Source: a virus (Duplodnaviria > Caudoviricetes). Taken from it: a DNA stretch of 64,000 bases. The notes below the pieces were generated by a model. The model did no database searches and was not told the origin of the DNA. It saw nothing but the letters and a program-made list of their open reading frames with translations. The number at the start of each line of letters is the position of its first letter. Within the stretch, counting starts at the first letter, position 1. Positions 26,870 to 36,116 of this stretch are shown here, in pieces. The translations under genes and the position numbers were made by a program. The stretch lies in the IMG/VR virus record IMGVR_UViG_3300037400_003675, positions 276 through 64,275 of that record; one strand, written 5' to 3'.

Positions 26870-27067
26870 TTAACCGCGCTTAATCATATAGGCGATCATA
26901 GAACCGATGAAGATGATGAGGGCAAGGATGGGCATCACCCATATCGGGGCGAACACCCACCACCAGGACCAGTCGATGTAATGAGTCAGTTTCAGTACGA
27001 GGAATACGATAAAGAGTACCCCCAGGAAGGTGATGCCGCCGGATGCGGAAGAAGAATTATTGCTCAT
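26870..27067 (-). CDS. Small membrane protein (IDWSWWWV family)
   Basis: 65 aa with two TM helices. Confidence 0.75.
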   Translation of the reverse strand: MSNNSSSASGGITFLGVLFIVFLVLKLTHYIDWSWWWVFAPIWVMPILALIIFIGSMIAYMIKRG

Positions 27068-27144
27068 ATGATAAATAATTAAGTATTGTTATGTTGGGAA
27101 GGGGAAGGGCGGTCGGGCCGTTCCCCTCAATGGCTCTGCGGGCG

Positions 27145-27483
27145 CTATTCCTTCGGCTCCGCAGCCTCGTTCTCTGCGTCCTTCGCCTTTGGGGCCAGGC
27201 TCTGGCTTGCGAAGTGGTTCAAAAGTGCTCCCTCGGTCGTGAACTTCAGGACCTCGCGTCCATCCGGCGTCTCAAAAGCGCTGGCGCACATAATGACAAG
27301 GTCTTTTCTTTTTCCCCTCATGCCGACGGAGATGCTTCGCTCGCTGGGGTTGCTGGGGTTCTCAAAACCCACCAGCACGATGGCGCTACCGCCTTGTAAT
27401 TCGCCGACCTTATCGGTAAGTGCCCTTACCAGCTCGGCGATTTCGGCGTTCTCGGCTTTCATTGTGTTTTTCTCTTTGCTCAT
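27145..27483 (-). CDS. Hypothetical protein
   Basis: 112-aa ORF. Confidence 0.65.
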   Translation of the reverse strand: MSKEKNTMKAENAEIAELVRALTDKVGELQGGSAIVLVGFENPSNPSERSISVGMRGKRKDLVIMCASAFETPDGREVLKFTTEGALLNHFASQSLAPKAKDAENEAAEPKE

Positions 27484-27517
27484 GGTATGATTGGTTTAAT
27501 AAGTTGTGATAAACTCT

Positions 27518-27763
27518 CTATGAATTGCACTCCATATAGTATATGTTGAAGCGCTTCTTGGTTTCGGGGTTGTAGCCTACCCTGTCCTTGATGGGGTAGC
27601 CCATTGCACGGAGTTCGCTGATGCGCTTGCGTCCGTCCACAGCCCTGATGTCCTTGTCGGTCAGCATCCCGGCCGATGTCAGTTCCTCGCCCCTCATAAG
27701 TTTGTCGAGGATGATTTTTTTCTGCGATGCCGCAGAGAGGGAGTTTTGGTTGATCAGTTCCAT
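27518..27763 (-). CDS. Winged-helix DNA-binding protein
   Basis: ILDKLMRGEELT...RISELRAMGYPI pattern. Confidence 0.7.
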   Translation of the reverse strand: MELINQNSLSAASQKKIILDKLMRGEELTSAGMLTDKDIRAVDGRKRISELRAMGYPIKDRVGYNPETKKRFNIYYMECNS

Positions 27764-27951
27764 GTGTTGTAGATTCTAATGATGTCCCGACCGAGTATGA
27801 AGGGCCGGTTGCAATGCTTGAATTTCCTGGATTTCACATATCCGCTCTGTCTCCAGCGGAATATGGTCCGGCGGTCAACTCCCAGGAACCCCGCCGTTTC
27901 TGTCATTGAATAGCGCCCGTCAAGGGACACCGAAGGTCTTTTGTTAGTCAT
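27754..27951 (-). CDS. Excisionase-like HTH protein
   Basis: YSMTETAGFLGVDRRTIFRW (HTH_17/MerR-like), near attP and int. Confidence 0.7.
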   Translation of the reverse strand: MTNKRPSVSLDGRYSMTETAGFLGVDRRTIFRWRQSGYVKSRKFKHCNRPFILGRDIIRIYNTWN

Positions 27952-27963
27952 TGTATTATGGGT

Positions 27964-28164
27964 TTATGATAATCTCGTTATCTCGAAGCCGTTGCCGGCA
28001 AAGTCCGCCTTGGTGGTGAACTTCCTGCCGTCGTGGCGCTGGAGGTAGGTAACAAGATTCCTCGCGGAAATGATGGCTGCGCCGTTTTCGAGCCGCCAGC
28101 TCATTGTTGCTCCGACGGGGATCTGCCGGATGTCATCTACTGAAAGTCTTGCTTTGTCAATCAT
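27964..28164 (-). CDS. First gene of the leftward early operon (Cro-position small protein)
   Basis: 66 aa, divergent from the repressors. Confidence 0.6.
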   Translation of the reverse strand: MIDKARLSVDDIRQIPVGATMSWRLENGAAIISARNLVTYLQRHDGRKFTTKADFAGNGFEITRLS

Positions 28165-28170
28165 TTTGGT

Positions 28171-28178
28171 TATCTTTG
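28171..28178 (+). promoter_or_regulatory. -7 promoter element TATCTTTG, probably for the repressor pair
   Basis: TAnnTTTG match in the divergent immunity region. Confidence 0.55.
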
Positions 28179-28282
28179 CAGCGGTTTATTGTAGCGTACG
28201 GAACAAAGTAACGGAAAATTTTCCATTTGTCCAATAGGTTTTTTGGATTTTTTTCCACTTTATGTCCCACACTTTAGTGTAA

Positions 28283-28621
28283 ATGGTTATGAATAAGAGA
28301 CTTAAAGCGTTTTTAATTTTCAAGGGGACAACGCTTGCTCAACTCGAGAGAGACATTGGGGTTGGTGCCGGAACGCTTTCAAAGGCTGTGAAAAACGACA
28401 GCGCCATCGGCGCGGACAAGGTTATGAAGATACTCCAATTCTACGGCGACCTTTCGGCGGAATGGCTGTTGAGAGGCAAGGGCGAAATGATACTCCAGGA
28501 CTGCCCCGCATCCGTGTCCCAGGACAAGATGAAGATAGAGATGCTGGAGCGGCAGGTGGAGCAGCTTACCAAGGAGAAGGACAACTACTGGACATTGTTA
28601 CAAAATTCGATGCAGAGATGA
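28283..28621 (+). CDS. CI-like HTH repressor 1 (no peptidase domain)
   Basis: AQLERDIGVGAGTLSK HTH, SAEWLLRGKGEM, and a C-terminal coiled coil. Confidence 0.85.
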   Translation: MVMNKRLKAFLIFKGTTLAQLERDIGVGAGTLSKAVKNDSAIGADKVMKILQFYGDLSAEWLLRGKGEMILQDCPASVSQDKMKIEMLERQVEQLTKEKDNYWTLLQNSMQR

Positions 28622-28929
28622 GCGAAATCAGCGAAAGATTTTCCAAGTGCATAGACTTCCTTATATATAACGGGCAGGCGAAGAGCTATACGGAGGTGGC
28701 GAAGGTGCTGGGAGTGTCGAACTCCGCCCTGAGCATGGCCATCACCGGCTACAGGGAACCTTCCCTCCAGCTGATGGTGTCGCTGTGCGACCACTACCCG
28801 GTCAACCTCGCCTGGCTGCGTACCGGCAAGGGCGGGATGATCGCCCCGGGAGAAACGCCCCTGCTGCAGAGGATAGCCGAGCTGGAAGAGACCATCCGGG
28901 AACTGAAAGAAAGGCTCGGGGAATCCTGA
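28618..28929 (+). CDS. XRE-family HTH repressor 2
   Basis: Start MSEISER with ATGA overlap; TEVAKVLGVSNSALS HTH and NLAWLRTGKGGM. Confidence 0.85.
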   Translation: MSEISERFSKCIDFLIYNGQAKSYTEVAKVLGVSNSALSMAITGYREPSLQLMVSLCDHYPVNLAWLRTGKGGMIAPGETPLLQRIAELEETIRELKERLGES

Positions 28930-29006
28930 TTGCTTGCAATTTGCTTGCAGCATTTTTGAAGGGTAAGCGCAACTTATTGACAACTAAATACTTGCAAGGG
29001 TGCAAA

Positions 29007-29054
29007 CCTGCCTTACAAGCAGGGGGTCGGCGGTCCGAATCCGTCTGCGCCCAC
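29007..29054 (+). other. attP core: 3' part of tRNA-Val(TAC)
   Basis: CCTGC-CTTACAA-GCAGG anticodon arm, GGCGG-TCCGAAT-CCGTC T-arm and TGCGCCC-A acceptor strand. No 5' half; lies upstream of the integrase. Confidence 0.85.
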
Positions 29055-29132
29055 GCCAAATCAAATGATTGGTACTCAATAAGTTGTGATAACCTCAAAA
29101 CTCGGACACCCTCTGGTTTTTGGGGTTATTTT

Positions 29133-29173
29133 ATGTCCCAAACGTGGGACATTGTGGGACATTGTGGGACATT
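29133..29173. repeat. GTGGGACATT x3 plus an inverted copy (attP arm or accessory-protein sites)
   Basis: Units at 29144, 29154 and 29164; ATGTCCCA at 29133. TGCTTGCA repeats also flank attP on both sides. Confidence 0.75.
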
Positions 29174-29257
29174 CTGTGAGGGGATGCTTGCAAAATGCTT
29201 GCAAAAATGTTGCAACTTTGGAGTGACTGAAAGAAACAACTTAAAACCAATCGAGAT

Positions 29258-30547
29258 ATGGCAAACTTATACATCTTCTTTGACAAGCGCTCCCCGCGCA
29301 AGGACGGGACGGGGACATTGAAACTCGCGCTGACGCACCGGCACAAGACCGTCTATGAATCCCTTGGCATCCGCGTCAAGCCGGACGAGTGGGATGCCGG
29401 CAAGTGCCAGGTGGTCACGCGGCCCGACAAGAAGTTCCAGAACGTCATACTCCGCAAGCGCCTTGCCGACGCGACGATGGCGCTCCAGCGGATCATGCTG
29501 CGCAGGGACTTCGCCACGTTCTCCGCCAGGGACATAATGACGATGCTCATAAGGGGCACGGACACGAACGATGCGCAGGACAACGCGGACTATGTGCTGC
29601 CGGTTTACAGGGATTACATATCCCTGCTGAAGAAAGCGACCACGAAGGGCATCTACCGCACCTCGCTGAACAACCTGATAAAGTATGAGCCTGACATAGA
29701 CAACCTGCGTTTCAGCGACATCACCGTGGCTTGGTTGCGCCGGTACCAGCAATGGCTCACGGAGACCAACGGGATGTCCGTGAACGGGGCGAACGTGTAC
29801 CTGCGTAACCTCCGCACCATCTTCAACTACGCCCTGGAAAACGAGCTGACCGCAGCGCACTATCCGTTCAAGAGCATCGACATGGCGACCACCGATCCGG
29901 ACAAGCGGGTGGCACCTTATGACAAGTTCCTGCGCTGGGTTGATTGCCCGATAGACGAATCCCTCGTTCCGTTCCGCGACCTCTTCCTGCTCGCGTTCTA
30001 CCTCTGCGGCATCCGTCCGATAGACCTCCTGACAGTGAAGAAGGACCAGATACGCGAGGGGCGGCTCGTTTACTGGCCGCAGAAACTCAACGGCAAGACC
30101 AAGCTGTCAGTCAAGATAGAGCCGGAGGCCCAGGCAATCATCAACAAATACTCCGGGCAGGAGCTGATGCTCAACTTCATGGAGGGCAGGTCGGACTACA
30201 AGGCGTTCGGCAAGCGGTGGAACAGGGCGCTGCGGATGGTCGGCACCGGTCTCACCATCGCGGGGGCGGATGCTTACACGGAAGAGGTGCGGCGGAAGAG
30301 GAAAAGCGGCGTCATCCCCTACATTTCCGCGTACCACGCAAGGCGCTGCTGGTCCACCTACGCCTACAACATACTCGGCCAGCCGATGGACGTGGTCTCC
30401 CAGGCGCTCGGGCACAAGAGCGGACTGCGCGTGACGAACTTCTATGTGAAGAGGGATGCGGCCCTCGCTGACAAGGCAAACCGCGACTTGATTGACCGGC
30501 TGCACAAGGATCTGGCGGAACTCCGCAAGAAAGGCAGCGAGGAATGA
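29258..30547 (+). CDS. int: Tyrosine integrase (Bacteroidota type)
   Basis: Arm-binding N-terminus, SAM-like domain, catalytic GIRPIDL, YHARR, LGH and Y residues. Confidence 0.93.
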   Translation: MANLYIFFDKRSPRKDGTGTLKLALTHRHKTVYESLGIRVKPDEWDAGKCQVVTRPDKKFQNVILRKRLADATMALQRIMLRRDFATFSARDIMTMLIRGTDTNDAQDNADYVLPVYRDYISLLKKATTKGIYRTSLNNLIKYEPDIDNLRFSDITVAWLRRYQQWLTETNGMSVNGANVYLRNLRTIFNYALENELTAAHYPFKSIDMATTDPDKRVAPYDKFLRWVDCPIDESLVPFRDLFLLAFYLCGIRPIDLLTVKKDQIREGRLVYWPQKLNGKTKLSVKIEPEAQAIINKYSGQELMLNFMEGRSDYKAFGKRWNRALRMVGTGLTIAGADAYTEEVRRKRKSGVIPYISAYHARRCWSTYAYNILGQPMDVVSQALGHKSGLRVTNFYVKRDAALADKANRDLIDRLHKDLAELRKKGSEE

Positions 30548-30551
30548 AACG

Positions 30552-30592
30552 AGAAAGGGCAGCCACGAATATCGTGACCGCCCTTCTTCTTT
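30552..30592 (+). terminator. Terminator after the integrase
   Basis: AAGGGC...CACGA-ATA-TCGTG...GCCCTT stem with a T-rich tail. Confidence 0.55.
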
Positions 30593-30616
30593 GCACATAC
30601 ACCTGACAAGGCTTGG

Positions 30617-30640
30617 TTGATTGCTTGATTGCTTGATTGC
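30617..30640. repeat. TTGATTGC x3 tandem repeat
   Basis: Three exact 8-mers at the junction of int and the anti-defence block. Confidence 0.7.
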
Positions 30641-30901
30641 CTATTCTATGCCGTAGTCCTGCGCTATGTCTTTCACCCACAGCTCGAACTGCCGGTTGAA
30701 CGAGAGGTCGTCCTCCTTGGTCATCTCGCGCAGAGCCTTAACCCTGCGGAGGGTATCTGCGGTAACACGGAACGAGAGGTGCTCGCTTATGGGATTCTCC
30801 ACCATCTTCGTGCCCTTCTTCCTGCCTGCGCCCTCGCGCCTGCCACCCCAGCCCTTCTCGGACGGGGTGGTCTCCTTTTTCTTCTTGGTTGATGCTGCCA
30901 T
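30641..30901 (-). CDS. Small basic DNA-binding protein (GGRREGAGRK motif)
   Basis: Start MAASTKKKK; AT-hook-like motif followed by an RHH-like segment. Confidence 0.6.
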   Translation of the reverse strand: MAASTKKKKETTPSEKGWGGRREGAGRKKGTKMVENPISEHLSFRVTADTLRRVKALREMTKEDDLSFNRQFELWVKDIAQDYGIE

Positions 30902-30923
30902 AATAACTATGTAATCTTGGTTG

Positions 30924-31214
30924 TCAAAATGCCGTTCTCGTACCCTTGACCGCCCACACGGGGAGAAGTCTGCGCAGGAGCAGACCGCGATACACATACC
31001 CCCTCCTTGCCGTGAGGTACGCGAGTTCTTCGTGTCCGTCCTGGAAAGTAACCACGCGCCAATGCCTGTCGGTGCAGGACACCGCCTTGGCTATCCTCCC
31101 CCGCCTGCGGGAGACTTCCGCCCATTGCTCGGTTGTCAATCCCTGCGGCACTGCCACGCCCTTGGGGAAGAGTGTGAGATACCGCAGGTCTGATAGTGTC
31201 CGTTTCCGTTTCAT
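30924..31214 (-). CDS. Hypothetical basic protein
   Basis: 96 aa, just downstream of TAACTTTG (31230-31223). Confidence 0.5.
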   Translation of the reverse strand: MKRKRTLSDLRYLTLFPKGVAVPQGLTTEQWAEVSRRRGRIAKAVSCTDRHWRVVTFQDGHEELAYLTARRGYVYRGLLLRRLLPVWAVKGTRTAF

Positions 31215-31227
31215 CACGCAGGCAAAG

Positions 31228-31443
31228 TTAGCAATTTTCTTTCACCTCTGCGGTATAGACCGCAATGGTATCTCCGTGATGATACTGAATTTCCACGCCC
31301 TCGCGGAGTTTGCGTGGCACAAGGTGCAGTCTCTGCGCTGCGAGAATCAGCTTGTCATAAGCCATAGCAGTACTATTGAACGGATAGGAGAAGATAGGTC
31401 TCCGACCTACCCTCTCCGTGGTCTTGTAGATTGTTGTCGCCAT
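31228..31443 (-). CDS. Hypothetical protein
   Basis: 71 aa with an A-rich AACCAATCAAGAT upstream. Confidence 0.6.
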   Translation of the reverse strand: MATTIYKTTERVGRRPIFSYPFNSTAMAYDKLILAAQRLHLVPRKLREGVEIQYHHGDTIAVYTAEVKENC

Positions 31444-31464
31444 ATCTTGATTGGTTGATTGATA

Positions 31465-31710
31465 CTATTTGAGGATGACTACTACCGCACCCATTCCCAC
31501 CTCTCGGGCATCCCCTACGGAAGTGGCGTTTTCAAAGGCGAGTATATCCTCTCCGTCAAATCCCTCTTCCTCCAGCTCGCTCCACTCGTTGAAGAGGATG
31601 ACGATAGCACCCATAGGGCAGTTGCTGTGGATTGTGTGTACGACTGCGATTGCGTGGTCGTAGAGTTGCTCCTCGTTCAAGGAGACATCGTTGGTTGTGT
31701 ACTTTTTCAT
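31465..31710 (-). CDS. Small acidic protein
   Basis: 81 aa, strongly acidic; possible DNA mimic (inference). Confidence 0.65.
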   Translation of the reverse strand: MKKYTTNDVSLNEEQLYDHAIAVVHTIHSNCPMGAIVILFNEWSELEEEGFDGEDILAFENATSVGDAREVGMGAVVVILK

Positions 31711-31782
31711 CTTGATTGTTGTTTAATGGTTGATATATGGGAGCGGTAGGCAGGTATCAGCCACCTACCGCCATTGGGAACT

Positions 31783-33213
31783 CTATGCGACCTGCGCAGC
31801 ACCGCCCTTGGCTGCTGCCTTGACCTGCCACATATTGTCGGTCATAGTCTTGACAATCTCTTTGTGCAGGGGCGTAAAGCTATCGTGCGGTCCATAGCAT
31901 TGGAGTATCTTGTAACTCCTTAAATCTATCTCCAAGGTCTCTATGGGGTTGTTGTCCGCATCCCTCGCGGATAGTATCAGCGACCCCTCTTTCTTGTAGT
32001 AGCCACAAGCATACACGCAGTGGTGCAGGGTGTTGCCCTCGCGCTCAAAGTCATCTACACTCTGGAGCGCGACAATGGTAAAGCCTGCGGTGGAGGGGAT
32101 GCTGATGCCGAAGTATTTTCCCCTGCGCTTGATGAAGTCCTCGTTGGTCTCCTTTCGCGTGAGCATCGCCTGCCTTGCCCTCTCCCTCGCCCATTCATCC
32201 TGCTGCCTGCGCCACCTCTCTTCCTCTATCCTCCGCCTGCGTTGTCTCTCGGCAACGAGTGCGTTGTGGGCATCGTGCAGGTTATCGGGGCAGAGGAACT
32301 TGGGATTGTGGGTGTCCATATCAAGACAATGCAGCATATCCACCATATCGCGCCACTCGCGCAGGTCGGCAATCTCATATCCGTGCCTGCGGACAATCTT
32401 TATCTGCGCCCAGTACTCATTGATTCTGCGCTTGAAGAATGTGGCGAGTTTCCACTCCCCTGCCTTCCACAAGGTCTCAAACGCAGGATACTCTGCCATA
32501 GTGTCAAGTATCCAATCAAGTTTAAGTCCGTGCGTCTTGTCGGGGTCTATGCCCCTCTTGGTCAGTTCTGCGGAAAGGGAGAAACTTGCAGGGATGCGGT
32601 ATCTCTCGGTGGTCTTGCATTCCGTATCGCTGCCTATTCCGTCCTGCGCGAAGTGTCTTGTGTACGAACGCCAAAACTTTGAGTAGTACATACCGCCCAA
32701 ACGAGCGATATAGTGATAGGTGTTGCCACCCTTTGTCCAGCTCGCGCCAATGTCCTCTATATTGACCTGCGCAGGCTTTCCTGGGACACCATAGTCGTGC
32801 CTAACGAAATATCGGGTTATCTTCCACTCTCCCATAGTGGCATTAACCGCGATAATATCCTCAAACCTTTGATGCTTATACGCCCCACCTTTCTCAATCT
32901 TCATCTGCCTGCCACAATGGGGACAAGTGCCGAGGTACTTATACCAATAGTGGTAGTATTTCGATTCAGCAGGAATATCGGGATTTCTGCGGAAGTCCTT
33001 GACCTCGGATAACGGAAACTCCGCACCGCACTCGCTGCACCAATAGATGTCTTTCGCCTGCGCCCTCTTGCCATACTTGGCAGCGCACATAGAGTGCTTG
33101 TAGGGGTGCGCCACGAAAGACATTACGCGCTTGCCGAGTTCCCCGAACTTCGGGAGCATCTTGTCAAGGAACATAATCTCGGCTTTGTCAAGTTGTTTTT
33201 GATTTCTTTTCAT
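31783..33213 (-). CDS. PcfJ-like protein
   Basis: C-terminal EGNTLHHCVY...SLILSAR...IETLEI...QCYG; N-terminal CSECG...CPHCG zinc ribbon. Confidence 0.85.
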   Translation of the reverse strand: MKRNQKQLDKAEIMFLDKMLPKFGELGKRVMSFVAHPYKHSMCAAKYGKRAQAKDIYWCSECGAEFPLSEVKDFRRNPDIPAESKYYHYWYKYLGTCPHCGRQMKIEKGGAYKHQRFEDIIAVNATMGEWKITRYFVRHDYGVPGKPAQVNIEDIGASWTKGGNTYHYIARLGGMYYSKFWRSYTRHFAQDGIGSDTECKTTERYRIPASFSLSAELTKRGIDPDKTHGLKLDWILDTMAEYPAFETLWKAGEWKLATFFKRRINEYWAQIKIVRRHGYEIADLREWRDMVDMLHCLDMDTHNPKFLCPDNLHDAHNALVAERQRRRRIEEERWRRQQDEWARERARQAMLTRKETNEDFIKRRGKYFGISIPSTAGFTIVALQSVDDFEREGNTLHHCVYACGYYKKEGSLILSARDADNNPIETLEIDLRSYKILQCYGPHDSFTPLHKEIVKTMTDNMWQVKAAAKGGAAQVA

Positions 33214-33225
33214 AGCATCATAGAT

Positions 33226-33978
33226 TTAGAAGAGTGAGAACTCGGTCATAGTGTAGGTTTGTCCGTCTTTCTTGATAGTGGTCGTGCGAGTGCCCTCGGC
33301 ATCCGTCTTGACTATCTTCGCGGATAGAATGTTGCCCTTGTCATCTTTCTTCTCGGTGGTCTTGGTAACGGCAATCTCTCCGCTATCGGTAATCTTCGCA
33401 CCTCTCTTCATCAGCGCATCAAGTAGGGGGTTTGCCTTGACTTTCTTCTCGGTCTCTTCCCTCTTCTTCTGCTCTGCGGTCTTTTCGGCTTTCTTGGGCA
33501 CATAGGGTTTCAGCGAGGGGCACTCTTTCTCAATGGTCTCCTTGCTCTCGGTGTAGTAGTGCACCGCCCAACCGAACACCTCTGCATCCTCAATCATCGC
33601 GCAGTTGCCACTTGCCTTCTTCCTTGCCTGCGCGGTAATGTATGACCAACACGAATGAATGTCCTTGTCCTTGGACTGCATAGCGGTTGCGAGTGCTTGG
33701 TCGCCCTCGTTTGCCCTGCGCTGCATTTCATTGAGGACAATCTGCTCATAGGGAGAAAGTTTCTTCTCCTTGGTCTCCTGCTCGGCAGATCCAGCGGACT
33801 TTTCTTCATCCGTTGCCTGCTCGGTCTCTCCGCAGTCCTCTTCGGTGGTATCTTCATCATCCACCACCTCTTCGGTCTGCTCGTTGATTGGCTCTTCTGC
33901 CACCACCGCCTGCGTGGGCGTGGCGTTCTGCTCGGTCTCCTCTTGGATGCCGAACAAATCATTGATTTCTTCTGCCAT
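33226..33978 (-). CDS. PcfK-like protein
   Basis: Start MAEEIND; K.I..CWSYI..QARK......A.IEDAEVFGWAVHYY motif; adjacent to pcfJ. Confidence 0.8.
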   Translation of the reverse strand: MAEEINDLFGIQEETEQNATPTQAVVAEEPINEQTEEVVDDEDTTEEDCGETEQATDEEKSAGSAEQETKEKKLSPYEQIVLNEMQRRANEGDQALATAMQSKDKDIHSCWSYITAQARKKASGNCAMIEDAEVFGWAVHYYTESKETIEKECPSLKPYVPKKAEKTAEQKKREETEKKVKANPLLDALMKRGAKITDSGEIAVTKTTEKKDDKGNILSAKIVKTDAEGTRTTTIKKDGQTYTMTEFSLF

Positions 33979-34046
33979 AATGACTTGGTTTTGATTGTTG
34001 ATAATTGGGGGTATGGGGAAAGTATCAGTCTCCCCATACCAAGGTG

Positions 34047-34277
34047 TCAGTAGTTGATTGGCGCAGCCTGCTCGTTGGTAACGAGACAATGAGTGAGCGC
34101 ATTGTTGGTCTTGGCTACGATGCTGCCACAAGAGGTCAGCCATATCTGCCTTGTCCTCTCGGTCTTGTGCAGGTCGGAGTGGATGCCTTGGGCATCCCTG
34201 CGGATGAACTCGGTGCAGAGTATCTGAATGGTTGTCAGTTCGGTCTGCGTGAGCGTTACTTGCGTTTCGTGTATCAT
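34047..34277 (-). CDS. Hypothetical protein
   Basis: 76 aa from MIHETQV. Confidence 0.5.
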   Translation of the reverse strand: MIHETQVTLTQTELTTIQILCTEFIRRDAQGIHSDLHKTERTRQIWLTSCGSIVAKTNNALTHCLVTNEQAAPINY

Positions 34278-34282
34278 AGTCC

Positions 34283-34594
34283 CTACTCCTTGATGATTGT
34301 TACCTTGTTGGCTACCACCTCGGTGGAGCATCGCTCCACTCCGTAGGTGTCAATGTAGCGGTTGTTGCGCAGCCTGCCGAGGACATAGACCTTGTCTCCG
34401 CATCGGAGTTCGCTCGGCTTGTCCGAGAAAGCGGAGACGGAGAGCCAAGTGGTCTCTACGACTGCGTTGCCCTGCTTGTCCTTGTAGGCGAGGTTTGTCG
34501 CCACTTGAAAGCGCGTGTGATGCTTGTCGGCAACGAGGTTGGAACTGACATTGCCGACTATGCCACGCAGTTCCACTTTGTTGAGTTGTTCCAT
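34283..34594 (-). CDS. ssb: Second, tailless SSB
   Basis: LNKVELRGIVG, ETTW and VYVLGRLR OB-fold motifs; no acidic C-terminal tail. Confidence 0.85.
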   Translation of the reverse strand: MEQLNKVELRGIVGNVSSNLVADKHHTRFQVATNLAYKDKQGNAVVETTWLSVSAFSDKPSELRCGDKVYVLGRLRNNRYIDTYGVERCSTEVVANKVTIIKE

Positions 34595-34620
34595 ATTGGT
34601 CGTGATGATTGGTTGATTGT

Positions 34621-34866
34621 TTACTTGTCGTGATGAAAGAATACCTCTTCGGTGTCGTAGTCCTCTGCGTTGAGTTCATTGTCAATGCAATAGTCCTCAA
34701 TGCAGTTGTTCATTTCGTAGTAGAGCGAGGGTTCAGCCATTGCGAGGGAACACCTCTGCCTGTCCATTATCCCCCACGCGATGCTCTCGCGCTCGGAGAA
34801 GTCCTCTATGTTCTTCTTGCAGTAGTCATAGAGGACTTTGTTGGTGGGTTTCCTGCTCCTGCTCAT
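34621..34866 (-). CDS. Small acidic hypothetical protein
   Basis: 81 aa. Confidence 0.65.
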   Translation of the reverse strand: MSRSRKPTNKVLYDYCKKNIEDFSERESIAWGIMDRQRCSLAMAEPSLYYEMNNCIEDYCIDNELNAEDYDTEEVFFHHDK

Positions 34867-35075
34867 AGGACACTGACATTGCTGCCGTTTACCTGCAACT
34901 GCACCTTGCCCTCGCAGAGCATATAGCTTATCTCGCTTTGGGGGTAGCCTTGGGCATCAAGGTATTCTTCCACCTTGTAGGCATCCCCTCGTTCCTCGGT
35001 AGTCGCTGCGATTTCCTGCGGAATGTCCACGATAGAGACAATTCCGTCTGCGTAGTTGAGAATGACCGCTTTCAT
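34863..35075 (-). CDS. Small hypothetical protein
   Basis: 70 aa with an ATGA overlap. Confidence 0.65.
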   Translation of the reverse strand: MKAVILNYADGIVSIVDIPQEIAATTEERGDAYKVEEYLDAQGYPQSEISYMLCEGKVQLQVNGSNVSVL

Positions 35076-35076
35076 A

Positions 35077-35412
35077 TCACTTGCCCTCCCTGATTATCTC
35101 TTCTGCGATGCGTTCTCCGTCGGGGATGAAGTACCGGTAGTCCTTACCGCTCTTCGCGCTCCTGCGGATGACATAGCAAGTGGTCTTTCCTGCCTTTTCT
35201 CCCTTGGTGTAGGTGTGCAGGATGATAGGGTACTCGCTGCCCTTGTTGTCTCGCCACACATAGTCGGTAACTCGGTCATCGGGCAGGATTTGGGATGCTG
35301 CGCTCTGGACAAAGACATTGCCCTCTCGCGTGTAGTTCTTGGTGTCGCGCTCTTGCGCCCCTGCGCTTATGGCTGCCACAAGCAATGCAAGGATGATGAT
35401 GCTTTTACGCAT
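35077..35412 (-). CDS. Secreted hypothetical protein
   Basis: Start MRKSIIILALLVAAISAGA, a Sec signal peptide. Confidence 0.7.
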   Translation of the reverse strand: MRKSIIILALLVAAISAGAQERDTKNYTREGNVFVQSAASQILPDDRVTDYVWRDNKGSEYPIILHTYTKGEKAGKTTCYVIRRSAKSGKDYRYFIPDGERIAEEIIREGK

Positions 35413-35677
35413 AGTTGATTGTATAGATTTTGAATGGTTTCTCGTTGGGAAAGTAGGACAACTCAATCACAATCTCTCCCTCGGTCTCCCTCGTTGCGAT
35501 AGCGAGTTGCTTGTATCGGGATTGCTCCCACTTGATTGCGTTCCTGCCCATAGCGATTGCCTTGGCTTTCGCCTGCGCGAAGTCCACGAAACCGAAGAGT
35601 TTGGTGTCCGCGCTCCTGCGTAACCGCATATCATCGTGATAGCGGTTGTCAATCGTGAGGTGTACGAAGTTCTGCAT
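35405..35677 (-). CDS. Hypothetical protein
   Basis: 90 aa. Confidence 0.6.
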   Translation of the reverse strand: MQNFVHLTIDNRYHDDMRLRRSADTKLFGFVDFAQAKAKAIAMGRNAIKWEQSRYKQLAIATRETEGEIVIELSYFPNEKPFKIYTINYA

Positions 35678-35747
35678 CTTGATTGGTGTTTGTAAGTTGT
35701 GGGGGCTATGGGAGAGGTCAGTCGCCCATAACCAAGGGGTTGATAGT

Positions 35748-36104
35748 TCAGAGGTCTGCGCCTATCGTTCTGCGGAGTTCTTTCAGTCGCTCATAGCCGT
35801 TGAGGATTATCTCCTGCAACTCTTCGGGCGTTTTGTCGGGTAGCCCGTCTTTCTTGCAGCATTGGTCAAGATTGTCAATGATGCTGCCGATTTCGTTGTG
35901 GATAGCCTGCAACTTCTCCCTATCCTGCTCTCGCTGCCAATGCGTGAAATACTTGCAATCATCCGCATAATCTTTAAGCGAGAAACAATCCACGAACTCT
36001 TCGTGTCCGTGAGGGCAATACTTGGTGTCCCACCTTGCGCATATTGAAGTATTCTGCGCCACGATTTCCGAGACTTTCAAGTCAAGTGTGTAATTTTCTT
36101 CCAT
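35748..36104 (-). CDS. Hypothetical protein
   Basis: 118 aa. Confidence 0.65.
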   Translation of the reverse strand: MEENYTLDLKVSEIVAQNTSICARWDTKYCPHGHEEFVDCFSLKDYADDCKYFTHWQREQDREKLQAIHNEIGSIIDNLDQCCKKDGLPDKTPEELQEIILNGYERLKELRRTIGADL

Positions 36105-36116
36105 ATCTGCGAGTGT

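Noticed and set aside
29133-29173. CRISPR-like array (here or at 37967-37993)
   Set aside because: The units are 9-10 bp in tandem with no spacers, and no cas genes are present. The PD-(D/E)XK domain at 23478-25511 is a recombination nuclease by context.
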